A stretch of DNA of 64,000 nt, from assembly GCA_002633005.1 (NCBI GenBank), contig NMRA01000196.1:661047-725046 (forward strand). Reading direction: 5' to 3'. Origin of the DNA: Phoronis australis (Eukaryota > Animalia > Phoronida). Shown here piece by piece: positions 52,824 through 64,000 of this stretch. How positions within the stretch are numbered: position 1 is the stretch's first letter; each line of letters starts with the position of its first letter. The notes under the pieces are model-generated. The model saw only the letters and a list, made by a program, of their open reading frames with translations. It had not been told where the DNA came from and did not search any database. The translations under genes and the position numbers were made by a program.

Positions 52824-52890
52824 AGACCTTCAGCATTTAGCATATTTACATTTGTCAAGATTTAATCAACTAAGCGTTTCAAGAGCGAAT

Positions 52891-52896
52891 AATAAA
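52891..52896 (+). terminator. Polyadenylation signal of copy C
   Basis: AATAAA, positionally conserved with 6950-6955. Confidence 0.7.
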
Positions 52897-52956
52897 ACAA
52901 GTCAAACTGATAGCATCTGGTTCTGATATTATTTTACTAAGACAATGACTCGCCTG

Positions 52957-53213
52957 CATACGCGAAATCAGGGGCTTGGCGTTCTCGAACGACACTCCCC
53001 CCCCTTCATTTGGCTAAGGGTGCAAAAAGATCCGCCTCAGAGTAACAGCAGTCCGACAAAACGAGGCAAAAGTCCACTAAAAGGGTGCGAATGTACAATT
53101 CATACCTCTGAGAGTGGTACCCAGTTTTTGAGTCCCCGTTTTTAGTCTCCCCTTTTTAGTCCATATTGTCAAAAACTCGAGCACCTCTAAAATTTAGGCT
53201 GGGTGCGCACATG
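52957..53213. mobile_element. MITE of the CATGCGCGCACCCAG family just 3' of the gene
   Basis: catacgcgaaatcag...ctgggtgcgcacatg; interior similar to 14221-14473. Confidence 0.65.
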
Positions 53214-56200
53214 TTCTGTGAACTAGATATAGTTTAGTACTTACAGAGCCACGAGTGACGCAGTTCAATCATGGACTGTACTACGATTCCTCAGTAGCGC
53301 AGGACAGCAACGAGAATTCTTTGCTTTCTCCATTGTCAGTACTCTACATGTACGGTCCCGAGTTTTCTCGCAAAACTCGCCTTCAAACACTTGTATAATC
53401 TCGCAGTTTTTATTTTCTTACAACACACTTGCTACAGTGAGTGTCGGTCCTAGTTTTTTTAACAAAGGAACATTCGATCTTTGCCAGTGGTTGAAATTTG
53501 TAATAAATTGTGGGAAATGTGTATACTTGAGATTAAGCTGAACTACAGAGCACCATTCGCCGTACTTTCAATTTCAGTACCTGGACCACCTTGTTTACAA
53601 CAGACATTCAACCAAAGCATCCGCGCCAAGACACCCTTTCATGGTCTTGTCCCGTCCAGCAAATGCGCCCAACAGCACTGTGAACAAGTTTTTACAAATC
53701 TGGTCTACCTGTGAGAAACTGAAACAATGGGTTTTCAGATGTGTTCCTCATGCATTTAAAAATGCTGTAATACCGCTCAGTAAAGATAATGCCAAATCCG
53801 GTAACAGATACTAAAAACGACTTTCCCATACATTCCTCTGAACAGCTCTGTAACCCTTGACCATTCTAAGAGGTTTGGAAGAGAAGTTGAACACTCCTTT
53901 CAAAATCTGCTTAACCGGCAAGCGTGACCTATGATTTAGAAAATGGCACAGCAACAATGGGAAAAACCCACCAAGGGCCATAAAGACCAATTTGTGAGAA
54001 AATGGAAAAGCATGAACCGTAATAATCGCCGTGCAAAATGCCCAACTGCTTGAAAGTCACCAGAAATATAATTTGGGTATGAAGGGTTTTAAAGCCGGTA
54101 GATCAGCCCACTTGTACAATAAAGGCATTCCTCACCCTAGTGACCTCTAGCAGCCACGCAATTGTCCATCACGGGCAAAGGTACGAGTCCTCGTCGTCAT
54201 ATAACGTATCGCAATACAAAAATTTTATATTTGAAAGCAACAACTGAGTTCGAACCCGGAGAATTCGTAATCAGGGTTTGGCTATGCGAATACCGAAGGT
54301 AAATAAAATCCACAAGGCTTGCCAAACATAATTTAATAGCAATTTACAAAAACAACGAAACGCTGACATAAGACAGGATTTACCATTATTTCTCTTCTGG
54401 TGCCAATTCTCCTGAAACGAATTTTCAGAGCACATTTGTAACATGTAGATTCAGACCAGTTCCGCAAACAATTAACTTTTCAAACATGTTCCTTCTTAAT
54501 CACTTCAAGTACCAGGCCTACCAGATTCTGCCCCGGGAGTTTTCAGTCCGATACCGACCCCGGCAAGGTTCAAAACACGCATTTAGAGGTGACATACGTA
54601 TAGCTCATGTCTTTGAGCTCCTGACAACCAGCTTCGACCTGAATGACACTGCAATTGTGCCTCTGCAAAATACAGTACAAATTTCAAATAGACCGTAAAT
54701 TACAGAGATTTTTCAGTGGATTTAGATGTAAGTTGAAAGCAACCACACAATCAGATGGTCCGTAGAGCAGCTGAAATGATTACTAAAGGAACTAGACTAC
54801 ATTGATAAAATTCTCAAAAACTATGTCATTCGCCCTTGGTTTGATCATGATGGCAGCCATTTGGAAATCCATGATACGTGGCATATTTTACATTTTTTTA
54901 AAAATAATTAGCAACCGTTTCGGTCTAAATTATATGCCTGTAGGTTTTGACTCTTTGCGAGATAAATACCCCAAAGCAAGTATAGTCATTATGAGATACT
55001 AGCGGCCATTTTAAGATGCGTTATGGCTGTGCTCACTATATATCACGAAGTTCTCCTGGCACATAATATATATGACGTTAAAAGTTATGGATTTGTATGT
55101 CAAACCAAAAAATAGCCAACGTCAAAACTGCGGAGTTCACATTTTTGAAATCAAGACTATGGTTAGTTAAGATGGTGCTACACTTCAGTCCAATTTTCAT
55201 CAGCACGTCAGAGTTGACATGTACGCCAACTGTCATGCTTTTATCTCAATATATACATATCAGGATAATATGGCAGCCATTCTAAAGTGCGGGTGGTTGG
55301 GGTCACATTCCTTCATTAAAATTGATTTATATGAACTACATATGGATCTTTACGTACAAATTGTAGTTAAAATTGTCATTTAGACAAAATAAAATGTTAG
55401 ACAAAATAAAATGCCGTGTAATAATTGCTGGGTCAGCATTTTTAATATCCAAGATGACGGCTAGCTAGCGTGGTGATAGCGACGAGTACACCAGTGCCCA
55501 TGTCTTTATCAAAAAGCAAACACGTCTAAAGGTCCCTTAGATTTCTTCAATTTGATATTTTTGAGTCTTCCTATTAGCTGCTGGTCCTAGGTCCATGGCG
55601 GTCACCTGTGAATGGTGCCATATTTGACATCCATAACCCCCACCGCTAAGAAATGGGTAGCAAGTGCTGTTGTCGTTGTTCTACGCCAGAGGCTACAGTA
55701 CTATAAAGTGTTGTACCGTCTAAAAAATGAAACTCGAAAATGTGCGACCAGTACAGCTGATGCTCTTATCCCAGGGAGGGGACCCTGGAGAAATTTGCAT
55801 TGTCTTCTTCAGTAAATTGACACGTCTGCAGAGGTTTGCACGACGTAATTATATCTCCTTTTGTCCGTATATGGGAACTGCTAATGTACCCGCGTAATTC
55901 ATTTTAGAAGTCGTCATCAAGGCCCCCATTGTCACCTGAAAATAATTGATGGCTTTCAACGTGCCTACACTTGCGTCTTTCTGGCCCCAGCATTTATTGC
56001 CTGTTGTTGTATAAATACCGTCTACATCTGCCAATTGCATCACTACTGCATATGTCATCGCAATAAGACTTGCAGTACGTTATGAAAATAAAAATGTTGA
56101 ATAATTATCCGTAACGTTTCCACCGAATTAATTGGTGTCATAATATGTTGACATTAAGTACCAGTATCAACCGTCGCTAAGAGATGCTGGCCAATGCTAT

Positions 56201-56971
56201 ATTATTCAATAACCCTAACCCAGTATGCACCGGAGTGTCGGTGTTTTTCAAATAGCAATTTTTGAGATCTCATTTTAAACTTTGCATCATTCAATAGAGC
56301 TTGGTTCATCTTGAAACTGAAGCTACTAAAAGCTCCAAATTTTGCACAAAAAATCATATGACAAAGAACACCGCTATGAATTTGGCATCAAAGTAACCCT
56401 CAGAATAGATCTCTGGTCTTAAGAAGAATCGACAATATGTCATTACTGAAGACCATGGGTCTGTTGAATGAAATCGTCATACGTAACAATTTCTGATAGA
56501 ACCTATAAATTACAAAAAATTCCACATGAGCCGAAAATTTCCGCCTCAAACGGTAGCAACCGCATTAGTTAACCCATGCACCCACCCAGGGGGGCTTGGG
56601 CTGCTTGAATGAGCGCCCGTTTTGCGAAGAGGGCAAAAAGGTCCACCTCAGAGAAATAAAAATCCCGAGAAAACGAGACAAAAGTCCACAGGAATTCGGC
56701 GCAAATGCACAATTCATGGGTCTGAAAATAGTATTCCGTTTTTAGTTGTCTTAGTCCCCGTTTTTTCAGCAAAAAGTCCTCGTACTTAAAAATTCGAGTG
56801 CTCTTATACTTAAGGCTGGGTGAGCGCATGTAAACCCATAGAACTCTCTGTCTATTTTATATCTTCTGAGGTTTATACTTGAAACATACAAAAGTTTCAG
56901 CTTAAAAGGACCTCTTTTGGTAACATGACTAATCCGTGTAGATTAGGGAATAGTATACGATACCCTGTTGA

Positions 56972-57790
56972 CGTAGATGGAAAGTGAATAATCAAACCCA
57001 GTTATTAATTTATTTTATGATAAGCCCTAATTAGAGAAGTGAAATCTGTTGTTAATCAAGTAATCAATAACAAAGACGAGTAACTACACTAACGCCCGCT
57101 TTAAAGATTACCTCAATCAATCAACCAAAATAATCAAATGTCTTATTTGCTATCCAAGCTAGGACTCTCCACTTGTTGGACGTCTGTCCTGTTGTTGAAT
57201 CTTCAAACTACACTCACCGTATAGCGACAGTGTACTTGCTGATCATCGTCTCTGGTGATTCAACAATTGCAGGCAATTTCTTCTACCTGCGATTCTTCTT
57301 GCTGGTCACAGTCTCTGGCTGATGACGCAACACTTCAGGTAGTATCTTACTACCCACAATGCAAGTGACAAGCTCTTAGTGAACATTACTGTACGTTAAC
57401 CCTTGACCTTGCCAAGATCCTTTGTAGTACAATTTAGTCGGTACACTGTAGCAAGTCTTTATGCTTCAACTACTATATCTCATCTGAATTTCTTTTTGAC
57501 ATAAGCCCATATTATAATAATCTACTTATTTAATGATTGGTTGATAAAAACCACATGATCATATCTAATCATATCATTGGCTGTTACAGTTTGTTTTCAA
57601 AATTTTCTAGAATCTCTAGAGTGCTTCGACCCCAGAACTCAAAGTTGTAAACACCATCTAAAAATATATTTTGACGTTAAAGTATATGTCAACAAGTCTG
57701 ACCCAATGATTTAAAAGTACATATGCACAAAGTTTGGGCAACTTAAAATGCATCTATTCTAACTAATTACTGAATATTTGTTCTGACAGA
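56972..57790 (+). repeat. Diverged copy of last-intron sequence (homolog of ~2930-3100 plus ~3790-4460, and of ~26050-27690 without its insertion)
   Basis: Collinear motifs such as ctgttgttaatcaagtaatcaat, gctggtcacagtctct and taaaaaccacatgatc; lacks both MITE insertions. Confidence 0.8.
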
Positions 57791-57800
57791 TATCATTCAG

Positions 57801-57980
57801 GTATTGGCACAGGATATGATGCCGTTCGAGTATAGGTGCAGGATATGATGCCGTTTGGATATTGGCGTAGGATAGGATGTCGTTCAAGTATTGGCGCAGG
57901 ATATGATGTTTGGGTATTGTCGTTCAGTTATTGATACAGGGTGTGATGCTGTTGAAGTATTGATGCACGGTATGATGTCT
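57801..57980. repeat. ~29-bp minisatellite, about six degenerate units
   Basis: Unit gtattggcacaggatatgatgccgttcga. Confidence 0.85.
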
Positions 57981-58147
57981 TTCCTTGCACCACGGGAAAA
58001 GCGTACCATGTTTAGATGACTACTGATCTCTGTGATGTTGTTTACCACAGTCGACCAGATGATATACATGTACGCTGCTGGCCAGTTGTCAGTCTTCCAT
58101 ATTTTGTGCATTGTGCGAGCATAAAGATAGTGTAGTACAATCACGTN

Positions 58148-60470
58148 TGGTTTGATCATGATGGCAGCCATTTGGAAATCCATGATACGTGGCATATTTT
58201 ACATCTTTTTTAAAATAATTAGCAACCGTTTCGGTCTAAATTATATGCCTGTAGGTTTTGACTCTTTGCGAGATAAATACCCCAAAGCAAGTATAGTCAT
58301 TATGAGATGCTAGCGACCATTTTAAGATGCGTTATGGCTGTGCTCACTATATATCACGAACTTCTCCTGGCACATAATATATATGACGTTAAAAGTTATG
58401 GATTTGTCTGTCAAACCAAAAAATAGCCAACGTCAAAACTGCGGAGTCAACATTTTTGAAATCAAGACGATGGTTAGTTAAGATGGTGCTACACTTCAGT
58501 CCAATTTTAATCAGCACGTCAGAGTTGACATGTACGCCAACTGTCATGCTTTTATCTCAACTTGAGCAGTTTTGGTCCTCAACCGAGCAAAGCGCACACT
58601 TAGGTTTGCTCATTATGACTACCATTTTCAAATCTGATATGGCTGATATTTTGCAGCGTTTTAAAAATAGTATTTAACGCTTTTGTTTAAATAACGTGTG
58701 TGTGTAAGTTTTGACAACAATTTCAGATGAAATAACAAAGCAAATATACATATCAGGATAATATAGCAGCCATTCTAAAGTGCGGGTGGTTGGGGTCACA
58801 TTCCTTCATTAAAATTGATTTATATGAACTACATATGGATCTTTACGTACAAATTGTAGTTAAAATTGTCATTTAGACAAAATAAAATGATAGACAAAAT
58901 AAAATGCCGTGTAATAATTGCTGGGTCAGCCTTTTTAATATCCAAGATGACGGCTAGCTAGCGTGGTGATAGCGACGAGTACACCAGTGCCCATGTCTTT
59001 ATCTAAAAGCAAACACGTCTAAAGGTCCGTTAGATTTTTGAGACTTCCTATTAGCTGCTGGTCCTAGGTCCATGGCGGTCAGCTGTGAATTGTGCCATAT
59101 TTGACATCCATAACCCCCCGCGCTAAGAAATGGGTAGCAAGTGCTGTTGTCGTTGTTCTACGCCAGAGGCTACAGTACTATAAAGTGTTGCACCGTCTAA
59201 AAAAAGAAACTCGAAAATGTGCGACCAGTACAGCTCATGCTCCTATCCCAGGGAGGGGACCCTGGAGAAATTTGCATTGTCTTCTTCAGTAAATTGACAC
59301 GTCTGCAGATGTTTGCACGACGTAATTATATCTCCTTTTGTCCGAATATGAGAACTGCCCCTGTACCCGCGTAATTCATTTTAGAAGTCGTCATCAAGGC
59401 CCCCATTGTCACCTGAAAACAGTTGATGGCTTTCAACGTGCCTACACTTGCGTCTTTCTGGCCCCAGCATTTATTGCCTGCTGTTGTATAAATAGCGTCT
59501 ACATCTGCCATTTGCATCACTGCTCCATATGTCATCGCAATAACACTTGCTGTACGTTATAAAAATAAAAATGTTGAATAATTATCCGTAACGTTTCCAC
59601 CGAATTAATTGGTGTCATAATATGTTGACATTAAGTACCAGTATCAACCGTCGCTAAGAGATGCTGGCCAATGCTATATTATTCAATAACTCTAACCCAG
59701 TATGCACCGGAGTGTCGGTGTTTTTCAAATAGCAATTTTTGAGATCTCATTTTAAACTTTGCATCATTCAAGTGAGCTTGGTTCATCTAGATCTTGAAAC
59801 TGAAGCTACTAAAAGCTCCAAATTTTGCACAAAAAATCATATGACAAAGAACACCGCTATGAACTTGGCATCAAAGTAACCCTCAGAATAGATCTCTGGT
59901 CTTAAGAAGAATCGACAATATGTCATTACTGAAGACCACGGGTCTGTTGAATGAAAGTGTCATAAGTAACAATTTCTGATAGAACCTATAGATTACAAAA
60001 AAAATCCACATGAGCCGAAAATTTACCAGTGGATTCATTTCCACCTCAAACGGTAGCAACCGCATTAGTTAACCCATGCACCCACCCAGGGGGGGCTTGG
60101 GCTGCTTGAATGAGCCCCCATTTTGCGAAGAGGGCACAAAGGTCCGCCTCAGAGAATTAAAAATCCCGAGAAAACGAGACAAAAGTCCACAGGAATTCGG
60201 CGCAAATGCACAATTCATAGGTCTGAAAATAGTATTCCGTTTTTAGTTGTCTTAGTCCCCGTTTTTTCAGGAAAAAGTCCTCATACTTAAAAATTCGAGT
60301 GCTCTTATACTTAAGGCTGGGTGCGCGCATGTAAACCCATAGAACTCTCTGTCTATTTTATATCTTCTGAGGTTTATACTTGAAACATACAAAAATTTCA
60401 GCTTAAAAGAACCTCTTTTGATAACATGACTAATCCGTGTAGATTAGGGAATAGTATACGATACCCTGTT
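58148..60470 (+). repeat. Near-identical repeat of 54837-56970 starting at an N join
   Basis: After the n at 58147 the sequence restarts at tggtttgatcatgatggcagcc (=54837) and stays collinear with few differences. Confidence 0.9.
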
Positions 60471-63168
60471 GACATGTATAATATTCATCCCCTAATCCAA
60501 AAATATATATTGTAAAGAAATTAAATTACCCCTTCGGGGAACACTCGTTTTGTCGTACTACCGAATTTAAATACCCAAAATATAAAGTTTGAATCTAATA
60601 CTGGTATAATAATGAGAAATGAGGTTACGTAATAAGAATGGCCTGCAAGAAAATGTTTTAATGAGATGTCTGTCATAAAGAGCGCCATGCATATCAGTGG
60701 CTTGTTTTCTTGCATGTGTGCCTCATCTCAAGCTGGCAGTGAGGAGGAATCTTCAGATTCAAACTATTACATGAAGTTTTGGAATACCTGGCTTTATACA
60801 ACGTCCGTTCTACTGAGAAAATCTGTCAACATCTTTTTCTGTTGGTTGATTGTCGAGGTTTTAAAGACCCACAGTTTTTCTTGATGGTGTATGTTATTGA
60901 ATTTTGATTTGTTCGAGACATTATATCGTCTCATGATATTATTCTGCTGTTAAAGGAAGGTAAAATCGATAAAATATCTGTACGTTTAATCGTTGATACC
61001 ACGGTTGAAATTTACAGAAGCCCTTTTTCAGTAAAAATAAAGGGAGAAGCATCAGATACCGACAAAATATTCATCAGATAATGACAGTCAGCACGATGTA
61101 CAATTTCTTAAATGTACAGTTACACATATTTGAGAAATACCAAGGTCATTTGATTTAATAATTATATCATCCACAAATTTACCTATTACAAGCTTTCGCC
61201 ATAACACCTCAATTGATGACCAACCTTTATAGCAAGGATTACTGTTCCGTAAAGAATTTCATACCTGTAAACGTTTGAATGCAGACATAACGACCATTAC
61301 CTGGATGCTCATGTTCAAGTAAATGGAGGTAAGAAGTTTAATACAAGGGGTAAATTTGTACTTTTACATCAATTATATGAGAATTATCTAACAAAGGCAG
61401 ATTTTTGGATTCACAGTAATCCATGTCATCAATGACAAAATATGTTAATGCACTCATCATTCTTTCCCTGGGGCCGCTCAAGCAAACATTGTTAACAGTT
61501 CTTTAGGCAAAAACCTATTGTCGATGAACTAACTACTCAAGGCTAAGAAAATATCACAAATCAGATACGAATTCATAAGTCACACCTAAGCCCGATGAAA
61601 GGTAAAAGCTACATGTATATGGTTCCTCGTTACATGCTACACTCTGATACAGGGTATTTTAGGGATTGATATGAGTAACATTCTTTATGAGTATAATCGC
61701 GTTTTGTAATTTGTTGAGGGACAAAAGTTGCCCCCGTTTATTTCTCATACCGTTCGCGAAACTGCGCTATCATGAGTTTGAAGTGAATGTTGTCAACAGA
61801 CTATATAGAACAATCGATAAAGTTAANCCCCCCCCCCCCCAGCCATTGCCCTCATCCCCTTTCCACAGTTTCCGGTGGTCCTAAAACCCTATCAAATCAA
61901 ATTACATTCAATTTCACTTAATGTATACAAATCCTAATGTTTGTAGTACATATTGTCATAAAATTGTTGCGTAATCACTGCATATAAGTATCCAAATAGT
62001 GCAACGTGTACTCATAAAATGTACATGTGAACCACTAAGCGTTGAAAATTCGCGAAAATGTTCTATTTTTGAAAAACCAGTACTTAAATTACAAAATGTC
62101 TATCTTACATATCAATCGCGTTCCAGTATCCTAACGTCAGATATATTCAAAGAAAGAAAAATCATAGTTATTCACAACTTTTAGGATGTGGTAATAGTCT
62201 TGCAAGTTGGCAACTTTATCAAGTGTCAAAAAAACAGTTTGGGCAAGATCAGCATGAATCAAAAACGAGGCTTCTGTCAGATAAATCCAATTTGACATAG
62301 CCTAGTGTATATATATAGGGGTAGCCCAAGCATTCAGAAAATTTCAGAAAAATCTATGACGGTTGATGTAGAACCACCCGTAACAGCTCTCAAAAATTGC
62401 TACTTAAGTCTTAACACAGAAATTCATTTTACGCTCCCAATTCACAATTGCTTCTTTAGCCAAGTAAGGGCATCGCGGTTTATAAATAATTGATAAAATT
62501 ATGATGAGTAATGAGCAAGTCAAGGTTAGTTTTATCTACACAGGACGATCCGCCGGAAACCAGTCATATACATGTAGTCCTTGTTAACGTCTATAGGTGG
62601 AACCCTTTATTACTTGATGAAATTGAAATTTCACCAATTATGTTGCTCCGACATCAAGTTTTTGCTAGCACTCTAGAGATCACATTTCTTGTTTCATTCG
62701 CAACAAATTCACACACAGCCTGTAGTCTACGAAATACTGAAAGCCTACAGTTTTTCGTCATGATCGTATTCAGGGTGGCTGTCATTTTGCATTCGAATTC
62801 AGGACCAACTACTCGTGGTATCAGTAATTTTTCACGTTCACAGCTGANCAAATAGACTGTGAAATTTTCTCTCAGACTGACCGTTTTTTAGTTAAATGAT
62901 TTTCAAAATTTGAAATTTTCGGAAATTTTATAGAATTATGTGAAGTTACATCTTAAGATAATGTTGGTAACGCGCTTTCATAAGAAGTTTTAATTTTACG
63001 CTACGACGTATACTTTTCGAATTATTCGAGATTTCCTGATAACGTCGTTTCTTTAGTGACTGATTTTGTTGCATTTTTTGTACTTCCGTTCTATTGACCA
63101 AGGCTATAATGTTTCTTACTCATTTCTGACATCTTCATTCGTGATGCGATTTTCATCATCATGTTCAC

Positions 63169-63202
<34 letters not shown>

Positions 63203-64000
63203 TCCAATATTCTTTCAGTCAATTTCGCCAACTGTCCCTCGTAATTTTACATTCATAATTTAACGCTCGTGATTTTAGGCTCGTATGTTTGCAAATAATG
63301 TGAAGTGTTCAGAGGGTAAATCTCAGGTGCAATGTGTATAAGTGGAAAAGATGGAGGCAACTGACTGATGTCTTTTTATTTGCTGCCCTAGCCATCCCAG
63401 GCATATGAAAATGGTTCGTTTTCGTACATAATAAGATGCCAAAATGTATATCCATCAGGTTTTCTGGCAGTAGTTTCCTTTATTATTTGATGGAATTTCC
63501 ATGTTTTCTCAATCTTCAGACTAAGTGCAGTTACCATACTCTTTGCAGTGCGTGCAGATTTTACATGGCATTGCAAAACAAAATAGGTTCAAAAAGGTTC
63601 TCAGGGGTAAAGTCACAGTAAAATTCTCTATGTTGATGGTAAACTATCCATTCTTCATTCAAGATATTAAATAACAAACCATTTGCCCCACAAAACAATA
63701 TCAACCGACTACATGCATTAATTGAATGGCTGGTGGTCACGTGATCTGATATGACTTAAATTTAACGTGTTGCTCAAATTACTAGCATATAACTACGAGC
63801 GCAAAATTATGAGAAAAAATGGAGCCTGAAATTACGAGCAAACAACTTCTTCAGAACTCACGTGACCTACATCTACATATCAATTTCTCAGTGCATATAA
63901 CAATTACGGTCGTAATAACGAGCGCAATTACTGGTGACACTTTCCCCTGAATGGTCCGAGATCAAATTCGTTTTTACGTACGTGAATTCAAAACCCATCT

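Noticed and set aside
57801-57980. Regularly spaced ~29-bp repeats as a CRISPR array
   Set aside because: Head-to-tail degenerate units without unique spacers, no cas genes, and a eukaryotic context.

Overview
AT-rich animal (probably invertebrate) genomic DNA with spliceosomal introns; no prokaryotic genes, rRNA, tRNA or CRISPR were seen. The ORF track misses the main content, a tandem segmental array of a spliced gene encoding a ~199-aa signal-peptide protein with three EF-hands. Copy C is complete: putative 5'UTR exon ending at 41401, coding exons 42630-42775, 43808-43841, 46493-46603, 50150-50247 and 52613-52823. Copy A shows its last two exons intact (302-399, 6668-6878). Copy B (17905-33238) is a pseudogene with a nonsense codon, deletions and insertions. 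The window end repeats the sequence upstream of copy C, so another copy probably follows. Because the paralogous copies supply empty sites, many insertions can be delimited: a Gmr1-like Ty3/Gypsy element with PR-IN-RT-RH order (19536-25448), a Penelope-like GIY-YIG element with pseudo-LTRs at a (CA)n tract nested in an L1/Tx1 fragment, a decayed L1/Tx1 ORF2, a CR1/L2-like fragment with a 15-bp TSD, a Helentron/HINE-like element and several MITE/foldback families. Single-N joins at 58147, 61827 and 62848 mean part of the right-hand duplication may be an assembly artefact. All alignments and counts were done by eye.
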